Under the pieces are notes generated by a model. The model saw only the letters and a program-made list of their open reading frames with translations. It was not told the origin of the DNA and did not search any database. Positions 35,843-50,244 of a stretch of DNA of 64,000 nucleotides are shown piece by piece (the stretch's first letter is position 1; every line of letters begins with the position of its first letter). The position numbers and the translations under genes are program-made. Where the stretch lies: assembly GCF_964204645.1 (NCBI RefSeq), contig NC_134036.1:9527859-9591858 (forward strand), given 5' to 3'. This stretch comes from Tubulanus polymorphus. Taxonomy: Eukaryota; Animalia; Nemertea.

Positions 35843-36275
35843 TTTTCGTAGAGAGTGTTGAGTAAGAATTTCGTAGAGAGTGTCGAGTAAGAATGAATAA
35901 TATCGTCAGGATGTATAAAAGTATTTATATAATGCAAGTCGAAAATATATGACTGAACATGAATATTATCATAGTAGAAAACATATAAACATATATAGTA
36001 CAATACAAGTCGATAATTCAATACGATGTAAATAAACAATGGCATGTCACCGATGACACGTCAATAGTAAATATATCATTCTCTTTGAATCGAACACTAA
36101 TGAATATCACAACGGGGAGTACTTTTAAACCCCCTCATATTTTGGTTACCATATGTCATCATAAACTTTACTAACTCGTAACTAACAACAATCAAATATC
36201 CTGACGTGAATGTGCTTGATTTGTTTCATAACATCATTTTAATACTTGCGAAAAGAACAACAAAAACAAAAAAAA

Positions 36276-36809
36276 ATGGATTCCTTGATCACCGTAGAAA
36301 AGGCATTTTTCGAGTGCAGCGAAATTGAATTAAGCGAAATAATGATGATTAGTTTCGACTGTGAACCAGGTTATGTATTTTGTCACGGTTATTGTAGAAT
36401 GATCGTACATATTTCGTACTTAAAACTGACGAAATGCTGTAAGAAAGGTATTTGTTCGGTATGTTGGGAGATAACGGTGAAAAGGTGTGAACCTAACTCA
36501 AAGAATTTCAACTGCCCGATGGAAGATTGTTCAGCTATTCATAACTTGACGCGTAGGATCCGAACAACAATGTGTCGCCGCTGTAAAGATTGGAAGTCAC
36601 CTGACGTTTATCAGTCCTGTATTGCCGGAACATTTTGTAGAAAATGCAAAGATGACCTCGAAACATCATCGCGTGTTTGCAGCATTAAATTGTGCGCGAT
36701 ATGTATGGAACATTGCAAAACTGAGAGATATTGTGGATGCGTTATTCACGATGTGTGTGCCAAGGCGTTCAGCAATAATCGTGAAAAATGTATAAAATGT
36801 AAAAAATAG
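36276..36809 (+). CDS. Second triple RING-like Cys-rich protein, divergently oriented
   Basis: CHGYC..KCCKKGICSVC..CPMEDC; CRRC..FCRKC..VC; CAICME..YCGCVIHDVC..CIKC. Confidence 0.65.
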   Translation: MDSLITVEKAFFECSEIELSEIMMISFDCEPGYVFCHGYCRMIVHISYLKLTKCCKKGICSVCWEITVKRCEPNSKNFNCPMEDCSAIHNLTRRIRTTMCRRCKDWKSPDVYQSCIAGTFCRKCKDDLETSSRVCSIKLCAICMEHCKTERYCGCVIHDVCAKAFSNNREKCIKCKK

Positions 36810-36854
36810 AACGCTATTCCTATATTACATATATATATCTTGGTTTGAAATAAA

Positions 36855-37197
36855 TAACATTGTTTGAAATATATAACTGTCGTTATTTGGTATTGTTTAA
36901 TCTATTCGAACGCGGATTATCGCATGAGTAATCGGGTAACAGCTGGTGTGAGCATCCATCGAAATTTCAAAATCCGCCATCTTTGATCACGTGACCACAA
37001 CCGCCATCTTGGATCGGGGCGCCATCTTTGATCACGTGACCGCAGTCGCCATCTTGGATCGGGGCGCCATCTTTGATCACGTGACCACAGCCGCCATCTT
37101 GGACGGACGCCATCTTGGATCACATGACAGCCGCCATCTTGGATTTAACCACAACCACAATTTAACCACGGGCCTATAGTAACCCACCATCACTACT
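36855..37197 (-). repeat. Right terminal inverted repeat, 343 bp
   Basis: Reverse complement of 20970-21312. Confidence 0.97.
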
Positions 37198-37434
37198 TGT
37201 ATGTATGTATGTATGTATGTATGTATGTATGTATGCCCACTTTGCTGCTTATCATGCACTTCATGCTGCCTTGCTTTTGATTCTTTGCGCAGCTTTTGAG
37301 CATATGTTGCTAGGCGCGTTTCCACCCGATCCAACATGTGGCGTCTAATACCCGATTCCTTGTGTCCACGCTGGAAATCAAAAGTTTCATCAATATGTAG
37401 CATGTTATGTCGGGTATGCCGGATTTCTTACTTG

Positions 37435-37625
37435 ACGGTGTACATGGAAAGGGAAGTAGACGGTGCACAAGGGAAGGGCTAGGGTGAAAAGTTTTCCAAG
37501 TAGATGGTGCACAAGGGAAGGGAAGTACGCGGTGCACAAGGGAAGGGAAGTACGCGGTGCACAAGGGAAGGGAAGTAGACGGTGCACAAGGGAAGGGAAG
37601 TAGACGGTGCACAAGGGAAGGGTTT
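37435..37625 (+). repeat. 25-bp intronic tandem repeat GGGAAGGGAAGTAGACGGTGCACAA
   Basis: About 6 units; homologous array at ~56036-56200. Confidence 0.85.
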
Positions 37626-40600
37626 AAGGTACAACATCCACCGAGTGGAGGGAGGTCCATGCATTTATACTCACGTCGCGAATGAACCTGATTAATCGAT
37701 TCTTTATTGAATGTACATAGGACTTTAGCGACCCAGGCGTTTTGCCACTCTCTTTCTCCACCTCCAACCACTCGACTACGTTTGTAGGTGTTATCTTGCC
37801 ATTACAAAAATCAAGCAAGTGTCGACTGTCGCGCACATACGCCTCCGACGTTTTCTCCTCTTCAGCCATTGGCCGAAGCCATGACATGAATTCCTCATCA
37901 AATTCTATCGGAAAAATAAGAATTAGGTCATCACGAACAAACACATGAGTTAAATATGTAGGACTTACCCTTCTTCATCATGGGATGGACTTTCTTCACT
38001 CTTTTAACTTCCTTTCTCTCCTCTTCCTACTCTTCATCACTTTCCCCAGTCACCTCCTCCACATCACTTTCATCCGCATTCTCTTCTTCACTGCTATCTC
38101 TGTCTTCGGGGCTGGTTTCTTCGACTTCAGAATCTGAACTTTTATCCGAATCACTGCTCTGATCTAAAGATAAAAATGAAAGACATGGTCATTCATTAAC
38201 TATTTCATTCGCAAAGTCACTAGCACCTGATGTTACCTCGTGATAGGCATTTAGTGTGGCTTGATAGCCGTCTGAAGTAAAAACCACATTTACTACATTT
38301 AACCATTGATCTGCGCTTATTGTACGGGGCTAGCGTCTTGTATTGAGATTTTCCGATGTCTTCCTCCGTCCTGCGATTCCAATTTCTCGATCGCACGCGC
38401 CCCCACTTATGGACGACTCTTAGGTGTTGCGGCATATGAGTCTTCGGCCGCGAGCAAATTGGGCAATCCACGTACGTACAGACAATGCTAAGAATAAGAG
38501 ACCTTGAAGTTTCGCGTAATTGTTGTGACCTTTAAGGAAATCAATATTATTCGGTGGCCGCGAACAAATCTATTGCGCGCGATCACGATCTTCAGCAAGA
38601 CGTGGAGTCATCCTCGCTAGACACGATAGTTAAAATATCGGAGTGTATCATGAATTGGTTGCCTTTGAAACGATTCCAGTTGCTTTAATGGGTGTCATTT
38701 GTTAATGTAAGTAAAGAATTACGTTTGTGGCCGTTAATAGTGTATGTTTGCTGCATGTTGACCCAATAAATGTAAAAATACGACTGAATTTGTTTACTTA
38801 CTTCCGGGTTCGCTGAAACCCGGAAATATTTCCACTTCAAATTCTTAACTCAGACCGCGGCCTATATTGAAGTAATTCTGTTAAAATGTCAACCCATAAT
38901 GAAAAAAAGATTCGTATCAACAGTTAACCGCATTCACCTTCAGGCCTAGCTCATCGATGGGCCTATTTCATGTATTGAAGTGCAAACTGTCAGATAATTT
39001 GACCCGTCCCAGGCTAGTAAATTCCCTCAGTTATTTGTTTTTTCGGGGCAGTCGAAGCAGGGATGGGTTGTGACCACAATGAATTGTAGTAAGAGTTGTA
39101 ATATTGTCAGGTAGGCCTAGAGAGTGGGCGATAATCTGATAATCTGTGGCAATCGACGCCGTGCGATTATAGTCAATCTAGGCCTAAAGCCTCCAGTACA
39201 TTTCGTAAGCCCTATCATATTATATATTACAGGTTTTTTTAAGACAGCAAATGTTTTTCAAAGGGGACAGACAAAGCTATTCAAGTAAGTTTAATCGATC
39301 GAACATCTCTAGAGCAATACTAAGAATAAGCTTCGCGCACTCATCGTGACCTTTTAGGAAATCGATATTTTTTGGTATCGAAGAAGGGGTTGCGGTTAAA
39401 AGTGTTTCATTGCTTTCATCTGCCAACTGCATGTCACTTTTCGCTGATTTTCTCCTAGAGCCTGTTAGATTGATTGAAAGAACATTCAACTCATTAGATA
39501 AAAACTTAAGGTACAACCCAGTAATTATTGTAAATCAAATTTATATGGTGCAGCTTGCACGAGTGTACCTTAAAAACTGTTAATGCAACTAACATTTTGT
39601 AATATTACAATTTAAAACATAAAGGTATCAGCATTTTTTGCTTTTAATTAATTATATATAAGGTAATACATGTATTTAGTTCGACGCAATTTGTCTATTG
39701 TGAAACAATGATTTCAATAAATTCTATGTCTACCACTTGCTGAAAATGGAATAGTTTTAAATTTGTTGGTATGTTGCATGCAGAGGAAATTAAATGATTA
39801 ATTAGGCAAAAGAAAAATTAACCAGTCTGTCATCAGATAGAAATTGTTAGTGATAATTTGATATTTCACCATGTCAAATGCTACCACTTTTGGAACACTA
39901 TTTTGACTAACAATTGTCCTGTAACAAACTTCAATTTCACTCAAGGACAGACTCAAGTTAGTATGGATGTATAAAAGAAAAAAACAGTCAACATATGTAA
40001 AATTAGAGAATTGATCAACTTGAATTTTTATCAACTAGTCTTTAACAAACATTCAATGGACATTGTCAAAATAAACTTCACAGCAATTAACAAAATTGAT
40101 CGGTAAATTGACTGTCTGCTATAACGAGCAGTATTCCTATTATTGCGAATTATATTTTTCACAAACTATTATATACCGGAGTTTGTTAGAACAACAGTTC
40201 CATTGAATTTACAATCTTTCAAATACAATTGACTTGATTTTTGGCATTATTTCACAAGGTTACCACCAATTGCGGAATTAAGAAATCATTGCCAATCTTT
40301 GCCATAAGTCATTTTTAATTATCAGAGCAACTTTCCAAAATAATAATCAGGGTAGAGTCATAATGTAATGAACAATAGAAATAAATAATAAACATCTAAT
40401 ACAAAATGCTGCATAATCACTTACTATGAAGCTTAGCCATTTTTTCTTTAAATGATATCTTTTTCCTCGCTGTACCATAGTAGATCTTTCTTGCAGAACC
40501 CAACATGCTGGTAACCTTCCCAGCTACCCTGCCCCAGGGCTCGCGGTCTACTGCTTTCTGACCTACAAAAATCAATTAAACAATATATCAATGTATGTTC

Positions 40601-40671
40601 TAACTATAGGCCTAAAAATTTCTTTAAATCCATTGACTTACCCCTGTGTTCAACAATTACTGAATCCCTTC

Positions 40672-41765
40672 AATGATTACGACTAGGTTTGACAATTACA
40701 ACTTCGTTAAACGATTACGACTCCATTCAGCGACTACGACTCCGTTCAACGATTACGACTCCGTTCAGCGACTACGACTCCGTTCAACGATTATGACTCC
40801 GTTCAGCGACTACGACTCCGTTCAACGATTACGACTCCGTTCAACGATTACGACTCCGTTCAGCGATTACGACTCCGTTCAGCGACTACGTTAAACGATT
40901 ACGACTCCGTTCAGCGACTACGACTCCGTTCAACGATTATGACTCCGTTCAGCGACTGCGACTCCGTTCAGCGACTACGACTCCGTTCAACGATTACGAC
41001 TCCGTTCAGCGACTATGACTCCGTTCAGCGAGTATGACTCCGTTCAGCGACTACGTTAAACGATTACGACTCCGTTCAGCGACTACGACTCTGTTCAACG
41101 ATTACGACTCCGTTCAGCGACTACGACTCGTTTAACGATTACGACTCCGTTCAACGATTACGACTCCGTTCAGCGACTACGACTAGTTTAACGATTACGA
41201 CTCCGTTCAGCGATTACGACTCTTTTAACGATTACGACTCCGTTCAACGATTACGACTCCGTTCAGCGACTACGACTCGTTTAACGATTACGACTCCGTT
41301 CACCGACTACGACTCTTTTAACGATTACGACTCCGTTCAACGATTACGACTCCGTTCAGCGACTACGACTCGTTTAACGATTACGACTCCGTTCAGCAAC
41401 TACGACTCGTTTAACGATTACGACTCGTTTAACAATTACGACTCCGTTTAACGATTGCGACTCCGTTAAACGATTATGACTCCATTCAGCGACTACGACT
41501 CCGTTCAACGATTACGCTTCCATTCAGCGACTACACTCCATTTAACGATTGCGACTCCGTTAAACGATTACGACTCCATTCAGCGACTACGACACCGTTC
41601 AACGATTACGCTTCCGTTCAGCGACTACGACTCCGTTCAATGATTACGCTTCCGTTCAGCGACTACGACTCCGTTTAACGATTGCGACTCCGTTAACCGA
41701 TTACGACTCCGAAACTTACTCCTGTGTTCAACGATTACTGAATCCCTTCATCGATTACGACTCTG
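40672..41765 (+). repeat. 19-bp minisatellite with two alternating variants, ~1.1 kb
   Basis: ACGATTACGACTCCGTTCA / GCGACTACGACTCCGTTCA; flanked by ~45-bp direct repeats at ~40637 and ~41715. Confidence 0.92.
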
Positions 41766-43189
41766 CTCAATCCTTTATGACGAACCCGACTATGTTGAAT
41801 GACAAATCTATTCCGACTATGACAAATACATCTACAATTACAAAAAATGTACCAATAGTTATTACCATTTGGAGGCCCGAGAGACCTCAAATGCAAAGGA
41901 CCTAGGCCTATACATTAATCAAACTACATGTATTTGATTCGGTAATTTTACAAGGTCGAAAAGCCGTAAAAGGCTTATACTATATGAAATAGACAGACTT
42001 GATAAGCGCCAAGGCTCGAGAAACTATAGTAGACGATAGAGGCCTATCACTCGCCCACCTAGACTGCAACAATTTCTAGTTTAGGCCTATATAAGTGTCA
42101 TTTTTGCTGTCTATGAGAATGGGTTGTTTTGAAGTTGAAGACATATCACTATTAACACATAAAAGCTCCTGCGTTAAACATAACTCTGTCGAATAAAATT
42201 TAATTTTGCTTGATTTTGAATACCATCTTAATTTTCACTTCTTTTTTAACAAGGACACAATTTCACTTGAATAGAATGAAATCTAATTGATCTCAATCAA
42301 CTGTTTAAAAAACTTAACAGTAGAAATAAGCAGTTTAGTGACTATGTGCAATGTAAAAAGACGAAACGTAAAACGATTATTATGGGCGCCAAAAAAAATT
42401 TTAATAATTGTGCAAATTTACAGACGAGTGTCACTTTTTTGACATTATACAATGACAGAGACCCATAAAATTACATAGTTATATAAACTACATACTAATA
42501 TCTAGTTCGTCACATTTTGTTTTTTTAAGTTAGGCCCATTGTATGGATAGAAATCGCACATTTGTAGCGGAAAATGTCGAAAATTTTATTTCCGGGTTAC
42601 GAAATTCAGAAAATGTTCAAAAAAACGAGAATGTTAATAGAAATTCCGAAAATTCTACGAACTAGTGGCGGATGTTTACTAAAAATCTTATCATATTAGG
42701 TTCGAATCCCACATTTACTGACGATGTATTCGGAGCACTCCCGAGTCACTCCAAGTCTATATCTCACAGCATTAGCACAAAATGGCGCGAAGCTCAGTGC
42801 GCGATATCGATTAATACGATCAATAATTGAAGTTGGCAAGATTATCTAATATAATTTCAATTATCTAATATAATGTCTTTGAATGTAATTATATGATTTA
42901 GGTACATGTAGGACACAATTTACACTGGTACGATTTCCTGAAATAAATGACATTTTTTAGTATTTACGACGAATGTTCATAAAATAGAATATATGTAATA
43001 TAATATATATATAAAATATATGTAATATAATTTCAGCATTTATGAATGTAATGATATGATCTAGACAATTTACACAATTTACACTTGTACGATTTTCTGG
43101 AATAAATGATATTTCCTTAGTATTTACAATGAATGTTCATCTAGTAATATCGAACGTTATATATATCATCTGTGAATGTAGTATGATTC

Positions 43190-45295
43190 AGGTAGTACAC
43201 AATTGACATTTGTACGATTTTTCCCGATCTGTAGAGTTTTAATTGGGCGCTTTTGATTCCTACGCATTCACAATGGAACCATCGGCAGCAAGAATCGCAC
43301 TGAATCAAGTTAGTTGTTTTTTTTTTGTTCTCAACGTGGTAAGATCCACGGACCACGCATACATCTTCTTTCTTATTTTTCGTTCCTTTTCGTCTTGCCG
43401 ACTTGCTCCAATGTTCTTGCGAGGTCTTCTGCAATTGTTTTAAGAAATGTATTATGATGTACGTGTAACTATTTGATACAACCCTAGTAAACTATGTGCA
43501 TGTACATTATTACGTTTAAATCTCATTGTCTTACCCATTGAAATACTCGATGAACGGCCTTGCAGCGATTCTTGTATGTCATCTACGTGTACATTGCAAA
43601 TTGATTCTGGAAATGACAGTTCTTTCATCACGCATTATTTTTACCAAAGAAACTACTCGTATTGTTAATTAGGTACCTGATCTCTGCTCATTTGGTCTTG
43701 CCGACATAACCCGACGTGCCCGAAGCCGTGGTCCAAAGTTTACGGTGACTTCCATCGTGTCTGAAATGATAGCTATACAACCATATATACTCGTTCTTAA
43801 ATTTTCAAAAGTCATTTTCAATATGAATCTTATGTTTTCTCTTACCGGCATTCGGCTCTACAATTGATTCTGCAATTACTTTCTTGGTAGACTCTGAAAT
43901 GAAAAACTATTAGATATGATTCTCAGTTTTTGATTTCTTTATATTTAATCAACTTGATGGTTATTTCTTTTTTATTGAATTGTTAAGGTATTTTACCTGC
44001 GCTCGGTGCTTCAAATGACATTTGTTCAGGAGACACGGGTGTTTTACTTGCACCACTCGGTGCTTCAAATGACATTTGTTCAGGAGACTCTGAAATAATA
44101 ATTATTCAATATAATTCTCTGTTTTTTTGGTCGTTACGTTAACAAATATTTTATATATTTATATATTTTGATAGTTCGGCATTTTCTAACCTGCTCTCTG
44201 TCTAGCCAATTCCATCGATTCCATCGTCTTCTTTGGATCTTGGACGTCCCGAAGTCGTGGCTCAGAATTTTCTGGAAAAAAAATATTTCTTCGTTTACGA
44301 TTGAACGGTGATAGAATTTCCGCTCATTTCGAACAACATACATACCAGCGAATAATCGGTCGACTAGTTCGGTTGGTATTTGAGAAAGCGGAATTACTGC
44401 CGACGATACATTACTTCCCCCGATTCTCGAATGTCGCCCACAACGTCCCCCATCTCCAAAACCCCATCCTTCAGTTTTTTCTCGCTTATCGTTATAGTCG
44501 ATTGCCTTGCCCGCATTTCGGCGCTCAGTGCTCTTATTCCAACGGCAAGACAGCGCTCTTGTTTGCCGTTAAGTGAATGATGAGTGATAGCTATGATTCT
44601 ATGAAGCTGAAAACGTCCGAAAGAATATACAATATGTGATGAATATACTGTGTTTTGAGTAATGTTGTCATTAGATTTAGACATAAATACACACAAGTTT
44701 ACCTCTTGTTTGCTGAAATGTGCTGGGGCATCCGCTAAGGTGCTGAGTAAGGTGTTTTCATACCTAATGTCGACCCCAAACACCTGATGGGCTTGATAAC
44801 CTCTTGGCACGACAGACTCACGTAGGAAAGATTCCAACCCTTCAGAGCAACACAAATCCGTAAGATTTAATTGTGTAAGAAACTAAAAAAAAATGTGACA
44901 AGCTTTTAAAGGTCATTCTGCTCACACATACAGATGCTTACGATTAGTTAAGAAGGCATAACTTACCAACTCTGTTAGGGCGAACAAGCAACCATAATTT
45001 TTTTGCAATTCTGGGGTCTTCGATGCCCGTAGCTTCGGCCCAGCGGCTGCACGTGCGTCTAATGTCACTGATATCAATTGACGATAGGCTCGGGATATTT
45101 TTTCCCGCATTTGACATGGCTGAATCTATGTCCACTGACGGGGTTTTCAACGAACCATTAGTCAACGGTAATACAGTCAACCTGCTTATTTCGCGGAGAC
45201 TAGAATATAAAAGAAAATATAGCTGCAAAGCAGCGATAACGGGTTTCTGCCTTGCCGGGTTAGACACCGTACCAGGAAGGTTGCAAAAGATTTCA
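43190..45295 (-). pseudogene. Intron-rich gene relic ending in a PHD finger; probably transposon-borne
   Basis: IQCDSCCRWFHCECVG (PHD); several ttttcag / gtaag junctions flanking open exons (e.g. ~45295-44966, ~44880-44704, from ~44607). Confidence 0.45.
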
Positions 45296-45332
45296 CTGAA
45301 ATCAGTTCATTACGTACCACTATCTGTGAAGA

Positions 45333-46327
45333 AGCGCCACCTAGGGGTTATCCTGTGGGTCAGCCCATATCATGGATATGTTGACCCATGGCTCTTAAGT
45401 GCAAAGTAATGATGTACCGAGTTTAGCGAAAATAACTTGGTGATACAGTGTTCTACCATTCCCTCGTAGCAAAGTACCTGTGTATCAATTTTCATAGAAA
45501 TTCCTCCATCCGATAAGTAGATATCAATGAAAATGCATTTCCAACAATTTGTAGGTGGCGCTACTGGAGCACCATATGAGTTACCTACTTAAACCATACA
45601 CCAATACAAGTGTCTTGTAAAGGGCTACTAACCACACATTTCAACCTCGATTCTATGACCAACGGTTTAGGAGCAAAGATCTTTGTTTTCACAGTCCCCT
45701 GGTGGCAGTTGTATGAACTAATCATGCAGGTTGGCATATTACACACGTGTCTTTGTACTTATACTAAGTTTTGTGATTTTCATAATAAACAGACCGCATT
45801 ACATACGAAAAAATGGATGCCGAAATCGATTTTTCAAAATGTACGCCCCCTAGTGGTTAAAATAGGAACTAATCATGTGGGAGGTTCGTTGCATTTAGTA
45901 ACCAGGTACATGTGTATCAATTCTCATAGAAATCCATTGATACCCTTAGTCGATATAGATGAAAATGTGTTTTCCAGCCTCTTATAGGTGGCGCTACTGG
46001 AGAACCATATGAGTTACATAGTTATACCATACATCAATACAAGCGTCTTGTCAAGGGCTACTGATCACTCGCTGCAACCACAATTCTATCTCCACCGGTT
46101 AAGGAGCTAGGAGCAAAAATCGCTTTGAAAAATTTGGTGTCCCATTTTCGAGCCCGTAGAGCCCAAACGGTTAATCGCAGATAGGGCGTGCCACTGACTT
46201 TTTTAGCCTCCAGGCTGTCATGAACAACTTTCGTGCCCGGCCGAAGCTGAAAACTCAAAGACAAAAATTTTCTCACACAGTAACTTTTCCATGTCAGAAT
46301 TTTCAAAAGTAAAACGCCCCCTGGTGG
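45333..46327. repeat. Repeat with ~433-bp internal duplication and clustered CTCF-like motifs
   Basis: taggtggcgctactggag.accatatgagttac at ~45552 and ~45985; cgccccct(a/g)gtgg at 45844 and 46315. Confidence 0.6.
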
Positions 46328-46960
46328 GTGAACGGGGTCCCCAATCAAAAAGCCATTAGACTTACCTCAAGGTACCTGTGTTCCGTACATCTCACGTAAG
46401 TTTCAAGTAAAACCGTTGAGCAATATTCTTGTTACTAGCCGAATTCGAAGTATCAAAGCCTATGATGCTCACTACTAGTGTTGCCAGCTCTCTAACTTGT
46501 ATACGGCACAAACACAAACAAGGCTATTAAAAATTCCACAGTTGCGTTCAGTCGAGCAATGTCCTAATTCAACGATCGATTCGTAGAAGTAAGAGATAAA
46601 AATATCACTACTGCTTACGTGTTTACTACAGATTCAGAACAATACAGCTCTATCGATATAAGGACACAGACACAAACACACGTATTTAGGACGTGCTGTG
46701 GGAATGACACGTAGGCAATACACATACGTATATGGATACTGTTTGAATCGGGCTTAAATTTCGATGTTTAGAGGCTCACAGTGAGTAAACAGTGCAATTC
46801 TAATTAATATCATATACAGTATATGTCAATGCAGCGTAGTACTTGTGATACAGAATGGTTTCACCGACAGTGAAAGTAAATTGCAGTTTTTATGGTTTCA
46901 CCGACAGTGAAAATAAATTGCAGTTTATATCCTTTCAGTACGATCCAGTGTGAAAAAGAA

Positions 46961-47886
<926 letters not shown>

Positions 47887-50244
47887 TAGTACGATTATAA
47901 ATATTTACATGACACTAGTGTTTAGATTGGTACTATAGATATGCGCTTTAATCATTTATATTTCCCTTTTCAATTAATTCTATAAATTTCTATATATCTA
48001 TATTCATTATTCTAGATAGTAGATAATCTTGTTATTTTATATAGATTACGCTAATAAAGATTAAGCTAATTTAGATAGCTAGCTTTGACAGAAGATCGGG
48101 AAGGATATTGTGTGAAAATAATTGTTTCTCAAATCTAATGGAAACTAGCTAAAAGCTAATTGAAAGTCTGAGATTAGAATTTAAAATCTAATATAAATCC
48201 TAGAATAATTATTATTAAGAAAAGGCCTAAAGAGTCTAAAAATATAGCAGAATCTGAGTATGGCTTACCTGAAATTTGATTGAAGACAAACCAATGAATA
48301 TGTAGTTGATATCTTTATTCAACGAGAGCATGAGCAGGAATGACCAAGCCAGGCCTGAGCTGGACATCCTTGACTCAAGCTCCACCCCAAACAAGCTCGG
48401 GGTCGGGGGCACATATCATTGGCTGATTAGCCACCAGACTCACAAATCTGACAGCTGACCTCGGTAAACAACACTAAACAAACAGGGAGCGAGGGATTTA
48501 ATTATTGATTGTCTTCAAAGTCAGGCTTGGTTAATCTTTAGATTTTAGAGACGAATGGCATGTAAACATCCTGACACTAAACCCATAACAAAGGCGTGTC
48601 TGCCATATTGCATAAAGATATTAATAGAATTTGGAATAAAACTAAATTTGGAGACTAAAAAAATGAATTTGATTTGAGAATGAATATGATATTTGTAATC
48701 TTTAGATTTTGCAGAATATTTCTATATCTATTGTGACACTATTTCAATAAAGAAGAATTTTGAAAAAAAGCAAAACACTATAATACTATGTTTAAAAAGT
48801 TATCAAAGACATTTGAAAAAAGTTTTCTGAATTCGTCAACTGTTAAACTAGTAACAACCAGATGTGTTCCCATTAAACCACCGACCGCGAGCCGAGTCGA
48901 TGTGAGATGTGCCCTACACTGAAAATCTCAAGTGCTATACAACCGGTTTTTTAGGTGCCTCTGAATGTCGGCCGTTAAAAAACTGAACAATTCCCATTTG
49001 GAAAGGGCCTACGTAGTAAGAGAAAATTCAAGATGTGTATATCGTGTGAGATACAGGCTCCATATTTCATGTGCGTTTGGAATTTAACCTTGTTTATAAC
49101 GAAACACGCATGTATTTATGCTATTTTAGATTTAAAAAGAGCGCACGAAAGTGTTTCATGAGACCCGCAAATAACGTCAAGTTATTTATGCATTTTTGAT
49201 TTATATGAATAAATTTCGCTTCGAAATCTTTAAATTTCTCAGGTGGATTATTCAATAAATTCACAACAGTCCATTATGGATTAGTTTGACGCCAATCGTT
49301 CTTTTAAAGATCTTTCTTTCTCGAAGAAAGATTTTCTTAAAAACTTTGATTATGGCGAATCTTTTATGTGTCCGATAGTTAAACCTCCGGGTATTATAAT
49401 AGAACACAAATTTTTAAAGATATTCATAACATACTGAAGGATATCACAGTTTATACCCAAAGATATGCAGTTGGATAGATCTTTTTGTTTCGACTCGCAT
49501 GCGACAGTAAAAACGGTACTTGATATAATAAGTGAACTTCATCATTGATATTTTCACTAATCTACTTGAATTCCAAAAAAGAACTGACAATGAACAAGGG
49601 TTACAGCTGTGACTGATATCGCTCCAAATTTCAATTCCTATGAACACTTTTAATATAAAGAAAACTATTAACGAAACAGTTTTTAGAGGCGAAGAATCCG
49701 CGTTACCATCGAATTTTCAAAACTTGAAGGAATGTTTAATGCCTCGGTGACCACTGGTCTAGTACGCGGTTTTCTGAAATGAAAGTGGCCAAGTCTAAAG
49801 AACAACTTTTGTATCACATGATTTCAAAAATTAGGAACCCAATGCGTTTAATGATTTAATTAATTGGTATCGCGCAGATTGGTTGAAAGACGGGTGTTAG
49901 TCACCTTGTGATTTTATTGTTTTTCATGCATCGATTAATTATTCTTATTATAACTTATTTGTAGGCGCATCCCGCAAACATTTTCTATTCGTTGAGTTTT
50001 CAAACGCAGTACTGTTCAGATGATTCGAGTCAAGTAGTAAAAAAGTTTATGTATTAGCATTACTATGCAGTGAAAATAACGCACTGCGGCAAGTGAGGTG
50101 CTGTGATCCAGATGTGTAACCCATTTATGGGTAATAAATTTCCATCATGTCAACGCCATTCAAAAACAGTAGCGAATCTTTCTGTTGGTTTCTAGAAATA
50201 GCAATACGACGACAAGCACTTTCGAATTCGACCACGATATTTGA

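Larger units (their letters stand above)
20970..37197. mobile_element. Full-length Polinton/Maverick (endogenous adintovirus-like element), 16,228 bp
   Basis: AGTAGT...ACTACT termini; 343-bp TIRs; TGTATG duplication (20964-20969 / 37198-37203); pPolB, ATPase, integrase, minor and major capsid, protease. Confidence 0.97.
19060..38466 (-). mobile_element. Tyrosine-recombinase (Crypton-like) element copy 1, split by the Polinton; gene 5' end truncated
   Basis: 19060-20969 plus 37204-38466 align colinearly with 54050-57066; true termini not resolved. Confidence 0.8.
19558..38471 (-). pseudogene. Multi-exon tyrosine recombinase YR-1: C2H2-like finger, acidic linker, SAM-like core-binding region, catalytic domain, C-terminal Myb/SANT-like segment
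   Basis: About 9 exons with GT-AG junctions; CPICxxxxxHMPQHLRVVH; GASRPS (R), VIPHKTTAKYG (K), TPTIIRKS (R), YMLHSEKTAQRFY (H,Y); RTRYATEEVKAIRAAF. Intron 20901-37240 contains the Polinton. Confidence 0.8.

Noticed and set aside
40672-41765. CRISPR-like array
   Set aside because: Head-to-tail 19-bp units without unique spacers, no cas genes, eukaryotic context.
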